Of a DNA stretch of 64,000 nt, positions 19,676 to 29,099 are shown in pieces; the stretch's first letter is position 1, and each line of letters starts with the position of its first letter. The notes beneath the pieces were generated by a model. It did no database searches. It was not told the origin of the DNA and worked only from the letters and a program-made list of their open reading frames with translations. This DNA is from an uncultured Candidatus Binatia bacterium (lineage in GTDB: Bacteria; Desulfobacterota; Binatia; UBA9968; CAXXLF01). The DNA lies in contig OZ244621.1 of the NCBI GenBank assembly GCA_965218425.1, positions 1,696,001 through 1,760,000 of the forward strand, given 5' to 3'. The position numbers were made by a program, and so were the translations under genes.

Positions 19676-20062
19676 CTAAGACTCGACTTTCTTCACCCAT
19701 TCCAGGTCCCCTTTTCTCCAGGCGTATACGAGTCCGAGGAGGAGGACGGCTATGAAGATGAAAATATGGACAAAGGCGTAGAGCCCGTCGCCCCTTGCAA
19801 TCCACTCCCGAAATACAGTCGCCACGGGGATAATAAAGACAATCTCCACCTCGAAAATAATAAAAATCAAGGCCACGATGTAGAATCGGATGTTGAAGTT
19901 AACCCAGGCACTACCGGCGGCGGGCTCTCCACATTCGTAGGTGGAAAGTTTTCTCGTTTGTGGGTTTGATGGGCGTAGGAAGCGTCCGATTTGAAGGTTC
20001 AGCCCTACAAAGGCCGCCCCCAACGCCATAAATACCAAAACATTGGCAAAGTCGAACAACAT
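19676..20062 (-). CDS. nuoA: NADH-quinone oxidoreductase subunit A
   Basis: [29 protein letters not shown]. Confidence 0.95.
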   Translation of the reverse strand: MLFDFANVLVFMALGAAFVGLNLQIGRFLRPSNPQTRKLSTYECGEPAAGSAWVNFNIRFYIVALIFIIFEVEIVFIIPVATVFREWIARGDGLYAFVHIFIFIAVLLLGLVYAWRKGDLEWVKKVES

Positions 20063-20090
20063 TGCGAAAAACCTTCAAAATAAGATCGCC

Positions 20091-20120
20091 AGTATAGACA
20101 TAAATACAACCTTGGGTCAA
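20091..20120 (-). promoter_or_regulatory. Sigma70-type promoter for the first nuo operon
   Basis: TTGACC-N18-TATACT on the minus strand. Confidence 0.6.
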
Positions 20121-20206
20121 CTAAAGTGAACGGGAATAGAGCCAAGTTGGAGGTCCGGGGAGGGCGGGTTGTTTCCATGTGAGTCATATAGTATATTTAA
20201 CTCTAG

Positions 20207-20680
20207 ATGAAAAAAACATCTAAAGGCAAAATTAATCTATCCACTTTGAAGCGAGCCGATGCCCGTGATCCGTCGGGGGCCGTCGGGCGTAACCTTGAGG
20301 CCTTTCTGCTTTTGGAACTCTTGCGCCTGCCTTCCTACGGGTACGACCTCATCCGGCGACTTGCCGACTATGGGTTCAAACGGGCCACGGAACCGGGCGT
20401 GGTTTACAGAGTATTGAGGTCACTTGAGGAAGCGGGCGTCATCCGCTCCAAGTGGACCCCACAGGTGTCCGGACCTGCGCGCCGTTACTACCAGATCACC
20501 GATAATGGCAGGGAAATACTGCGGCGCCGAACCTATCACTTAAAACGGCAGAGGGATCGCATTGAGCGGCTGCTGGAAGACTATGTAAAACTCACGGGTG
20601 ACTCCCTTACCGCGGAGCCAGCCGCCGGGACCTATGAGCGGAACCTGGGGGCCGGCGGCCGTCGTAAAAGGAGACGTTAA
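20207..20680 (+). CDS. PadR family transcriptional regulator
   Basis: LLLELL..PSYGYDL, PGVVYRVLRSLEE, GPARRYYQITDNG. Confidence 0.9.
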   Translation: MKKTSKGKINLSTLKRADARDPSGAVGRNLEAFLLLELLRLPSYGYDLIRRLADYGFKRATEPGVVYRVLRSLEEAGVIRSKWTPQVSGPARRYYQITDNGREILRRRTYHLKRQRDRIERLLEDYVKLTGDSLTAEPAAGTYERNLGAGGRRKRRR

Positions 20681-20686
20681 GCCGCC

Positions 20687-22507
20687 ATGAGTACGGTTTT
20701 TCGAATTCTAGGATACTTTCGCAAGTACTGGCTTGCGACATTGGGAGCCTATTTCTGTCTCCTAGTGGTTGCCGCGGTGGAACTCTCTGTCCCCCACCTG
20801 ATTCGGCAGATCATTGACTGTGGGATCAAGGTGGGGGTGGGAGACCATGGTCTTCCCGCCCATTGCACTGCCGGTGTGGACTCCATGAGGCTGATTACCT
20901 GGCTTGTTTTCCTCATCGTGGGTCTCACCGTGCTCAAGGGTTTTTTCCATTTTGGTCAGGGATATTTGGGGGCCTACAGTGCCCAGGGGATCGCCTATGA
21001 CCTGCGCAGCCAGCTCTCTCGCCACCTGCAGCGGCTCTCCTTTAGCTGGCATGACCGGTCACAAACCGGCCAGCTCATGTCGCGAGCCACCAGCGATGTG
21101 GACCAACTTCGGCACTTTACCAGCAGGGCACTGATTCAAATGGCCCATTTCCTTTTCATGGGGGTAGGTATCAGCGTGGTACTCTTTAATATGAACTGGA
21201 AGTTGGCCTTGGCATCGCTCGTGACGCTACCGTTTCTGTCCCACGCTGCCTCCCAGTACGGTCGTAGGGTTCGTCCCCTGTTTCGCAAGGCGCAACAGGA
21301 ACTGGCGGTGCTGGCCACCATCGTCCAGGAGAACCTGGCCGGTGCCAGGGTCGTCAAGGCCTTTGCCCGTGAAGAGGACCAGATTAAAAGGTTTGAGTAT
21401 CAAAACGGGCTGCTGCTGGACGAGTACCTGGCGGCAGCGAAGGTTCAATCCTATTCCAATCCCCTGATGGATGTATTTGCTAACCTGAGTACGGTGGTGG
21501 TGCTCTGGTTTGGGGGAACTCTGGTTATCGGAGGGGAACTCTCCGTGGGCCAACTGGTGGCCTTCAATACCTACCTCTTGCTGATGGTCCGTCCTGTGCG
21601 TCGGCTTGGTTTTCTTATCGGACAGAGTGCACGAGCCATTGCGGCGGGAGAAAGGATCTTTGAGGTTCTGGATGCACCGGTGGAGGTGGTGGATAAGCCG
21701 AACGCGCCTCCTTTGCCGGCCATCAAGGGGGAGGTGGAGTTCCACAAGGTGTCATGCACTTACTACCCGGGAGTGCCGGTGCTGCAAGAGGTCAGCTTCC
21801 AGGTGAATCCAGGTGAAGTGGTGGCCCTATTGGGAACCACGGGTTGCGGTAAATCAACCATCGTGAACCTTATCCCACGGTTCTACGACGTGACTGAAGG
21901 CCGCATACTTGTGGACGGTCACGATGTCCGGGACGTTCAATTGCTGTCGCTCAGGCGCCAGATCGGCATTGTGATGCAAGACACCACTCTTTTTACGGGC
22001 ACCATCCGTGAGAACATTGCGTTTGGGGCGCCACAAGCAACTCAAGACGAGATCGTCAGAATGGCAAGGGCGGCCCGTGCCCACGAGTTTATCTCTGGAT
22101 TCCCCGAGGGGTACGACACCGCCGTTGGAGAGAGAGGAGTCACCTTGTCCGGCGGTCAAAAGCAGCGCATTGCCATTGCTCGGGCATTGCTGCTGGATCC
22201 TAAAATCCTCATTCTTGACGACTTTACCTCTGCGGTGGATACCGAAACCGAAGCCCTGATCCGTGAGGCCCTGGACGTATTAATGAAAGATCGGACTACT
22301 TTGATAATCGCTCAGCGCGTGAGTACGGTTCAGGACGCCCATAAGATCATTATTTTGGATCATGGCAGAATAGTAGGCCAGGGCTCCCACGCGGAGCTGG
22401 TGGAGAATAACAGCGTCTACAACGAGATTTTCCAGATCCAACTTCCGAACGGGGAAGGTTTGGGGCCAAAGGTTTACGGGCGGCCACAAATAGGGGGGCA
22501 GGGTTAA
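20687..22507 (+). CDS. Heterodimeric ABC exporter half 1 (permease + NBD with non-canonical catalytic residues)
   Basis: GTTGCGKST, LSGGQKQR, Walker B ILILDD (Asp for Glu), switch IAQR (Gln for His). Confidence 0.93.
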   Translation: MSTVFRILGYFRKYWLATLGAYFCLLVVAAVELSVPHLIRQIIDCGIKVGVGDHGLPAHCTAGVDSMRLITWLVFLIVGLTVLKGFFHFGQGYLGAYSAQGIAYDLRSQLSRHLQRLSFSWHDRSQTGQLMSRATSDVDQLRHFTSRALIQMAHFLFMGVGISVVLFNMNWKLALASLVTLPFLSHAASQYGRRVRPLFRKAQQELAVLATIVQENLAGARVVKAFAREEDQIKRFEYQNGLLLDEYLAAAKVQSYSNPLMDVFANLSTVVVLWFGGTLVIGGELSVGQLVAFNTYLLLMVRPVRRLGFLIGQSARAIAAGERIFEVLDAPVEVVDKPNAPPLPAIKGEVEFHKVSCTYYPGVPVLQEVSFQVNPGEVVALLGTTGCGKSTIVNLIPRFYDVTEGRILVDGHDVRDVQLLSLRRQIGIVMQDTTLFTGTIRENIAFGAPQATQDEIVRMARAARAHEFISGFPEGYDTAVGERGVTLSGGQKQRIAIARALLLDPKILILDDFTSAVDTETEALIREALDVLMKDRTTLIIAQRVSTVQDAHKIIILDHGRIVGQGSHAELVENNSVYNEIFQIQLPNGEGLGPKVYGRPQIGGQG

Positions 22508-24370
22508 ATGGTGGCCCAAGGAGGCGGAGGATGGATGTGGCATTCCGGTGGAACCGAGAGGCGGACCCGGGGAAGGGCCTTCAACCCGCGGGTGGTCGAG
22601 CGGCTCCTTGACTATCTAAAACCACACCGGCTTGGCGTGGTTTTGGCCATGATCCTGGTCTGTATCACCGCCGGCATGCATCTCATCGGTCCTTATTTGC
22701 TGAAGGTCGCCATTGATGACTATTTGGTGGCACAGCAAGACGTGGCCGGACTATCCATGGTCTGCATCGGTTTCTTTTTAACCTTACTCATCGCCTGGAG
22801 CTCGCAGGCTGGGGAATCCTACACCATGGCCTCGGTCACCCAGCGGGTGTTAAAGCGGATTCGCGACCAGTTATTCAAAAAGATCAACCAGCTTCCCTTG
22901 GGCTATCACGACCGGCACAAATCAGGGGCGACCATGTCACGTATTGTCAACGACGTGACTGTTCTGCAGGAGCTGCTGACCCACGGGTTCGTGGATCTGG
23001 TGGCTGACCTCTTGGTCATTGTGGGCATTGTCGTGATCATGCTCACCATGAGCGCGAAGCTTGCGCTTTATACCTTTGCGCTCTTACCGGTTATGGTGAT
23101 TGTGACTCTGATCTTTGCCCATCGTGTGCGGGGGGCCTATCTCCGGACCCGTGAGACCATTGCCCAGGTGGCCGCGAGTCTCCAGGAGAGCATATCCGGC
23201 GTCCGTGTGGTCCAGGCCTTTGCCCGTGAGCGGGTGAGCCAGGATCAGTTTGACCAGGTCAACCTTGTCAATCTTCAAGCCAATCTGTGGGCGGTGACCT
23301 TATCCAGCGCCTTCCCGCCGGTGGTGGAGATTATTGCCATGCTGGCAACGGCAACTGTGCTTTGGTTCGGTGCCGCTTCCGTGCTGGCGGGTGAGATCAC
23401 CGTGGGTGTGGTGGTGGCTTTCCTTGCCTATGTGGCGCGATTCTTTCAACCCATACGTGAACTCAGCACCATCTATACTCTATTCCAGCAATCCATGGCG
23501 GCCGGTGAGAAGATCTTTGAGTTAATGGATACCCCAGTGGAGGTGGATGACCGTCCCGATGCAAGGCCCATGCCCCGCATCCAAGGCAAGGTGGAGTTCG
23601 ATCACGTTAATTTCAGTTATCGCAGTGGCGTACCGGTACTTAAAAACATTTCTTTTACAGTGGAGCCGGGTCAGACCATTGCGCTGGTGGGGCCCACAGG
23701 CGCCGGTAAGACTTCCATTTCCAGTTTGATTAGCCGGTTTTATGATGTGAGTGAGGGAAGAATACTGATTGACGGTACCGACGTTCGGGAGGTTACCCAA
23801 TCGTCCCTGCGCAGCCAGGTTGGGGTTGTTCCCCAGGACCCATTTTTATTTACCGGAAGCGTCGCGGACAACATTCGTTTTGGCCGTTTGGACGCAACAG
23901 ACGAGGAAGTGATTGAGGCTGCCAAGCAGGCAAACACGCATGATTTCATCTCCCTTTTACCGCAAGGATACGGCACCCGGGTATTTGAACGCGGGCAAAA
24001 CTTCTCACAGGGTCAACGGCAACTCATAGCTCTGGCGCGCGTTGTTCTGGCAAATCCCCATATTCTTGTGCTGGACGAGGCCACGGCCAGTATCGATACC
24101 CGAACGGAAGCACTGATTCAGGCCGTGTTAAAACGCCTCCTGAGCGGGCGAACTTCCTTCGTTATTGCACATCGTCTCTCCACCATACGGAATGCCGACA
24201 AGCTTTTTGTCGTTGAACGCGGGCAGGTGGTGCAGCAGGGAACCCATGATGAGTTGGTGGCGGGGGAAGGTTTATACCGTGATCTCTATCGCATGCAGTT
24301 CCGTCATGGGTCACAAGAGCGAATTGTCGTCACCCGACCATCCTCGCCGTCCCCTTCCCGGCTGGATTAA
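22508..24370 (+). CDS. Heterodimeric ABC exporter half 2 (permease + NBD)
   Basis: GPTGAGKT, degenerate signature FSQGQ, LVLDE, IAHR; TM287/288-like complementary pattern. Confidence 0.93.
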   Translation: MVAQGGGGWMWHSGGTERRTRGRAFNPRVVERLLDYLKPHRLGVVLAMILVCITAGMHLIGPYLLKVAIDDYLVAQQDVAGLSMVCIGFFLTLLIAWSSQAGESYTMASVTQRVLKRIRDQLFKKINQLPLGYHDRHKSGATMSRIVNDVTVLQELLTHGFVDLVADLLVIVGIVVIMLTMSAKLALYTFALLPVMVIVTLIFAHRVRGAYLRTRETIAQVAASLQESISGVRVVQAFARERVSQDQFDQVNLVNLQANLWAVTLSSAFPPVVEIIAMLATATVLWFGAASVLAGEITVGVVVAFLAYVARFFQPIRELSTIYTLFQQSMAAGEKIFELMDTPVEVDDRPDARPMPRIQGKVEFDHVNFSYRSGVPVLKNISFTVEPGQTIALVGPTGAGKTSISSLISRFYDVSEGRILIDGTDVREVTQSSLRSQVGVVPQDPFLFTGSVADNIRFGRLDATDEEVIEAAKQANTHDFISLLPQGYGTRVFERGQNFSQGQRQLIALARVVLANPHILVLDEATASIDTRTEALIQAVLKRLLSGRTSFVIAHRLSTIRNADKLFVVERGQVVQQGTHDELVAGEGLYRDLYRMQFRHGSQERIVVTRPSSPSPSRLD

Positions 24371-24413
24371 CGATCTTGGCACAAAAGTTTGAAATTTTCG
24401 GTTGCAAAGCGCG

Positions 24414-24568
24414 TCGCGCCGAGACGCCAAGTACGCTAAGACAAGAAATTTTGCCCGATTCGGGAGACGACGATTGGGCGGAACCTAAAGGCTTCAAGGG
24501 AGATCTGTTTTTGTTTGTCGTCGTCTCGCGACAAAGAAAAATTTAACTCTCTGCGCCCTCTACGGTAT
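24414..24568. repeat. MITE/REP-like structured element with two hairpins whose loops are complementary
   Basis: Loops GGAGACGA (24463-24470) and TCGTCTCG (24521-24528); flanked by AGACGCCAAG and CTCTGCGCCCTCT motifs. Confidence 0.6.
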
Positions 24569-24575
24569 AGTGGGC

Positions 24576-25466
24576 TTATTCGATTTCATTTCGGATAGCC
24601 GGAATGGACTTCAAATAGTCCGCGATGGCCAGGGCGTCTTCCCGCGTCATATCCTTGTAGCCCGCTGTGGTGCCGTGGACCACCTCGGCCATGAGACCCT
24701 GAACATCGTCCAGGTCGAGCTTCGTTCCTTTAATCAGCAGGTCCGCGATCTCGTCCCGGCTCCAATCCTTGATGCCCGTTTCCTGGTGGGGGGTGATATT
24801 CGGGACGTCCTCGCCCAAGGGACCAGATTGCCAACCCGCCAGATAGAGAGCCCGGTTTGGCACGCCTAGACGGTTTCTCGGAGTGTGGCAGTCCCCGCAT
24901 ATCGCCACGTGATCTGCGAGATAGCGTCCCCTCTCTATTCCGCTTTTCGGGGCGGTGGGTGGAGGAGTGGTAAAGCCCCCGAAGAATTTCAGCCACAACG
25001 GAGTAAATAGGGAGCGGACAAAGGGGAGACGAAATTTTGCCGGGGGCGTTTTCTGGGACACCGGATCGAGGGTTCTCAAGTAGGCAATTAGCGCCTTGAG
25101 GTCACTCTCGGCCATGCCCGAGTATGCTTCGTAGGGCATGACAGGAACCAGTTTTTCTCCGTTGGATCGGACTCCTTTGACCATGGAGTCGTAGATCTCC
25201 TGATCCGACCACTTCCCAAGTCCGGTTTCCTTATCATGTGTTATGTTGGTGGAGTAAACCTTCCCCATGGGCACCGGGAACTCCCTTCCACCTGCATTCA
25301 GTGTCTCCTCGGGTTCCGTATGACAGGCGCAACCGCCTGCAAGGGCAAATATGTATTGGCCTCTTTTGACCATCTCTTTGGACTGGCCCTGGGCTTTAGT
25401 CTCGTTGAATGGAAAGGTCGTTAGAAGGAGCAAGAATAAAAGTATCGTGCTTCCTCGCGTTCCCAT
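24576..25466 (-). CDS. Periplasmic diheme-type cytochrome c (related to dehydrogenase cytochrome c subunits)
   Basis: Signal peptide; RGQY..CACH, GKVYSTNIT..ETGLGKWS, PVMPY, RGRYL..CGDCHTPR, PNITP. Confidence 0.88.
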   Translation of the reverse strand: MGTRGSTILLFLLLLTTFPFNETKAQGQSKEMVKRGQYIFALAGGCACHTEPEETLNAGGREFPVPMGKVYSTNITHDKETGLGKWSDQEIYDSMVKGVRSNGEKLVPVMPYEAYSGMAESDLKALIAYLRTLDPVSQKTPPAKFRLPFVRSLFTPLWLKFFGGFTTPPPTAPKSGIERGRYLADHVAICGDCHTPRNRLGVPNRALYLAGWQSGPLGEDVPNITPHQETGIKDWSRDEIADLLIKGTKLDLDDVQGLMAEVVHGTTAGYKDMTREDALAIADYLKSIPAIRNEIE

Positions 25467-25510
25467 GGCGATGGAATGTACCTTATACTATGTCGCCGTG
25501 TCAATTTCGT

Positions 25511-25892
25511 GAGCTGTTTTGCGAGAGTTTCGTGAGGTAAGGGTGGGGGCTCCCTTCGCTCCACGGGACTCCCGCAACGACCCGCCGGGCCGGCGCTCGC
25601 ACGAAGCTTCCGGCTCCCGGATTCGACGTGGGCGGTCTGCGGCTTTCACGCGACGCCGACCACGGTGGGCAGCCCGCTGCCCCGTCCATGTTTCGCTCAG
25701 GGAGCACCTTTTGGTTATCCTCGGCTTTCATTGTTCCCCACTCGGTACTCAGCACTCTATGCTCGTTGCTCACTCGGGGGCCTGGCCCAGAGCCAACTTC
25801 CCCTTGCGGAGAGTGTCTCTGCTTACGTCTCGCTCCACTCGGAGAAATCGACGGCTTAGACGGGGTAATGAGGGGACAATTTGAGACGGCTC
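25511..25892. other. GC-rich structured intergenic segment, possible MITE remnant
   Basis: Imperfect terminal inverted repeats GAGCTGTTTT / GAGACGGCTC, internal GCTCCCT / AGGGAGC pairing, no credible ORF. Confidence 0.35.
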
Positions 25893-25917
25893 CAAGATAG
25901 TGTATGATTAGCTCCCG

Positions 25918-26121
25918 ATGGATAAAATTGAGCCCCTTGCGGATCATCTGTTCGTCAGTCGCCATGCGATTGGAGACCAGGTGGAACTCTGGGGCAAGAC
26001 ATACACAGTGTCGAGCAAGACCACACTGGCCTCGGGTGAGCCTGCCTTGGTTCTTCAGGGTGAAGGGAAGCAATTCGTAATCGGCGCCTCGCACCTAATC
26101 AAAGGAAACAAGGAGAGTTAG
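25918..26121 (+). CDS. Small hypothetical protein (67 aa)
   Basis: Protein-like composition, promoter-like TTGAGA-N16-TATGAT just upstream, 28 bp from next co-oriented gene. Confidence 0.6.
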   Translation: MDKIEPLADHLFVSRHAIGDQVELWGKTYTVSSKTTLASGEPALVLQGEGKQFVIGASHLIKGNKES

Positions 26122-26149
26122 ATCCGAGCCAGGGGTTTATGAGGTAAGC

Positions 26150-27142
26150 ATGGAAAAAGTGCATCTAACGTTGGCGTGCTGGGAGTATGACAGGACCCTT
26201 CCTCTTCAGGAAGGAAAGATTAAAGTGGAAGGGGTGGATTTAACTTACCTGCCGCTCCATGTGGAGGAGACGTTTTGGCGCATGCTTCGGTATCAGGATT
26301 TCGATGCCGCAGAGCTTTCGTTGAACTCTTATTTAATGTCCCGGGATAAAGGCGCTCCCCGGTTCATCGCCATTCCAGTCTTTCCCTCTCGGTTCTTTCG
26401 CCACTCCTTCATCTTCATCCATGCGGATGCGGGGATCCGCGAGCCGAGGGACCTCATCGGGAAACGGGTCGGGGTGCCCGAATATCAGATCACTGCGGCC
26501 GTATGGATTCGCGGGCTGTTGCAGCATGAATACGACGTTGCGCCGGCGAAGATGAAGTGGTTTACCGGTGGTGCCGAGGATCCGGGTCGTGAGGAGAAAA
26601 TTAGGCCCGACTTGCCGAAAGAGGTCGAAATCCAATGGATCGGTCCGGATCGGACACTATCCGCAATGCTTGAACGAGGAGAGCTCGATGCTTTGATTTG
26701 TGCCCATGTCCCCTCTCCTTTCGTACGGCGTTCTCCCAAGGTTAAACGGCTGTTTCCAAATTTCCGTGAACTTGAGATGGATTACTATCGACGAACAAAA
26801 ATTTTTCCTATTATGCACACCATTGCTCTCAGGGAGGAGTTTTACCAGAAGAATCCTTGGATAGCCCAAAGCTTGTGCAAGGCGTTTGCCGAGGCAAAGA
26901 GCCTTTGCGAAGAGAACATGTATAAATATTCCGCCCTCAAATACATGGTTGCCTGGTCCGTGGCCGCGATGGAAGAGGAGAGAGAGCTCTTCGGTGACGA
27001 TTTTTGGCCTTATGGCCTAAAGAGCAATACACATGTTTTGGAAACCCTTGTCCAATACTCCTACGAGCAGGGCCTGATCAAGAAACCGTTGGATGTGAAA
27101 AGCCTCTTTGCGCCTAACACACTAGAGGACTTTAAGGTATAA
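26150..27142 (+). CDS. 4,5-dihydroxyphthalate decarboxylase-like / periplasmic-binding-fold protein
   Basis: LTLACWEYDRT, FDAAELS, PVFPSRFFRHS, GVPEYQITAAVW, IFPIMH, DFWPYG. Confidence 0.85.
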   Translation: MEKVHLTLACWEYDRTLPLQEGKIKVEGVDLTYLPLHVEETFWRMLRYQDFDAAELSLNSYLMSRDKGAPRFIAIPVFPSRFFRHSFIFIHADAGIREPRDLIGKRVGVPEYQITAAVWIRGLLQHEYDVAPAKMKWFTGGAEDPGREEKIRPDLPKEVEIQWIGPDRTLSAMLERGELDALICAHVPSPFVRRSPKVKRLFPNFRELEMDYYRRTKIFPIMHTIALREEFYQKNPWIAQSLCKAFAEAKSLCEENMYKYSALKYMVAWSVAAMEEERELFGDDFWPYGLKSNTHVLETLVQYSYEQGLIKKPLDVKSLFAPNTLEDFKV

Positions 27143-27222
27143 TGACATTTAAGACGCCTGGATGCCGAACTCGAATTCCGGGGTCGATAATACGAATATA
27201 GCAGCATAGGAAATTAGCCTTT

Positions 27223-27750
27223 ATGGCAGAGGAAAAACCCAACCCGGCAGCCGAAGAGGTCAAGTGGTGGATTGAGCGCGGGCCCGTCAGGGAGCGTGAG
27301 AAGAAACCAGAGCCCAACCGGGGTATCATTGATAATTGGGCTTACGAATTGTTGAAGGACTACAGTCAAGATCAGGCACTCAAAAGCGTTGCCGGTATCA
27401 ACGAACGTGTGCTAAAAAATTTGCACGTGGGTCCCAGGGAGTGGCAATATCTCTCTTTGAACGTCGGTGAATTTCCCCCGGGCAAGCTGAACCGGATCAA
27501 GGAGACCCTGAGGCTCCCTCAGTATGCACGAGGATTGACTATCGATGCTGGCTATTCCGTGAGGGTATTGATCACCGGAGACCCGGTGGGGGAAAGGCTT
27601 ATGGATATCAACTTTCCCGAGGTTCCGTCACTGGATTATTGGGTTCGCGGTGAATTGGTTGAAGAGAGACTCTTCTCGAATTTTGATGAAGTGTTAAGAA
27701 AGCTGAGGCCGGTCCTCAATCGCTATCTTTCCCAGCCGGCCATTTCCTAA
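27223..27750 (+). CDS. Hypothetical protein
   Basis: 175-aa ORF with normal composition filling the gap; no family recognised. Confidence 0.7.
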   Translation: MAEEKPNPAAEEVKWWIERGPVREREKKPEPNRGIIDNWAYELLKDYSQDQALKSVAGINERVLKNLHVGPREWQYLSLNVGEFPPGKLNRIKETLRLPQYARGLTIDAGYSVRVLITGDPVGERLMDINFPEVPSLDYWVRGELVEERLFSNFDEVLRKLRPVLNRYLSQPAIS

Positions 27751-27771
27751 CAGATGGTTGAAAACAGCCTG

Positions 27772-28920
27772 CTAAGTCATTCTTGCCGATCGTTTCCCCT
27801 TGCCCCGCTTGTCTTCCTTGGTTTGAGTTGTTTGCTGGTCTTCCAATGGCACGCAGGAAGTTACCTCAAGGCCATAGCCTGAGAGGCCCACGAGGTTCTT
27901 GGGATTGTTAGTGAGCAGACGCATTCTTCGAACCCCTAGATCTCTTAGGATCTGTGCGCCGATGCCGAAATCTTTAAAATCTCTATCGGCGGTCTGCCTC
28001 TTCTTGATGGGACCCATCCCTTTACCCTCGATTTGGAGATAGAGAATGATGCCCTTCCCTTCTTCGGCAATTAGTTCCATGGATCGCTTTAGCATCGCGC
28101 GCGTCTCAGGTTTCTGAAAATCAACCCCAAACACATCCCCGGCGACGTACTTTGAATGGACCCGTACCAGGAGATCCTCTTCGGGTGATATCTTGCCTTT
28201 GACCAGGGCAAGATGTTCGCTCTGATCGATGTGGGTGTTGTAGACCACAGCTTCGAATTCTCCCCCGTTTCGTGTGGGGAGTCGCGCCGAGGCCGCCCGG
28301 AACACCAGGGAGTCGTATTTCAGCCGGTACTGGATCAGATCCGGCACCGTGACCAGTTTTAGATTGTGTTGCGCGGAAAATACTTCCAGATCGGGGAGCC
28401 GCGCCATGGTGCCGTCGTCTTTCATGACCTCACAGATGACCCCGGCGGGCCTGAGACCTGCCAACCGAGCTAAATCCACCGACCCTTCGGTCTGCCCGGC
28501 ACGGACCAACACGCCTCCTTTTTTCGCCTGAAGCGGGAAAATATGACCTGGAGTGACAAGGTCCTGGGGTTTCGCGTCGTCGTCGATGGCTTTAAGAATG
28601 GTCAACGCCCGATCGGACGCGGATATCCCGGTGGTGACGTTTTCGACACCATCAATGGAAACCGTAAAGGCTGTGCCAAAGGGAGAGGTGTTGTCTGCAA
28701 CCATCATGGTTAACCCCAGCTCCTCCACCCTTTCTTCAGTCAAGGGCAAGCAGATAAGACCCCTACCGTAACGGGCCATAAAGTTAATGGCCTCCGGGGT
28801 GACTTTCTCCGCAGCCATGCATAGATCCCCTTCGTTCTCCCGGTTTTTGTCGTCCATTAGGACGATCATTCGGCCTTGGCGGAGATCTTCTATGGCTTCT
28901 TCTATGGTTGCGATAGCCAT
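27772..28920 (-). CDS. ribB: 3,4-dihydroxy-2-butanone 4-phosphate synthase fused to a degenerate GTP cyclohydrolase II domain (RibBX-like)
   Basis: [41 protein letters not shown]-terminal domain has VRVHS and GIGAQIL but lacks the Zn Cys residues. Confidence 0.92.
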   Translation of the reverse strand: MAIATIEEAIEDLRQGRMIVLMDDKNRENEGDLCMAAEKVTPEAINFMARYGRGLICLPLTEERVEELGLTMMVADNTSPFGTAFTVSIDGVENVTTGISASDRALTILKAIDDDAKPQDLVTPGHIFPLQAKKGGVLVRAGQTEGSVDLARLAGLRPAGVICEVMKDDGTMARLPDLEVFSAQHNLKLVTVPDLIQYRLKYDSLVFRAASARLPTRNGGEFEAVVYNTHIDQSEHLALVKGKISPEEDLLVRVHSKYVAGDVFGVDFQKPETRAMLKRSMELIAEEGKGIILYLQIEGKGMGPIKKRQTADRDFKDFGIGAQILRDLGVRRMRLLTNNPKNLVGLSGYGLEVTSCVPLEDQQTTQTKEDKRGKGKRSARMT

Positions 28921-28999
28921 GGGCGATCTACTTTAGCATTTTCCCATTTGAGGTCAAACGGTAAGGAAGCTGCGGGCACGAACCGTCCACAACATGTTT

Positions 29000-29043
29000 A
29001 AATATTCCTTTTACTGAACCTGTCGGGTTCAAAAGGAATATTT
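29000..29043. terminator. Long AT-rich hairpin between pyrF and ribB
   Basis: AAATATTCCTTT..TGAACC-tgtcg-GGTTCA-AAAGGAATATTT. Confidence 0.5.
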
Positions 29044-29099
29044 TGTCTGGGGCCGGTCCTGCCGGTAAGGGATTGAATAAACTTTTTATTTCACAAGGT

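Noticed and set aside
25610..25640. tmRNA-like GGATTCGAC motif
   Set aside because: No GGGG 5' acceptor stem, T-arm/CCA 3' end or tag reading frame
28921..29099. FMN riboswitch upstream of ribB
   Set aside because: Conserved RFN motifs absent; a promoter abuts the start codon
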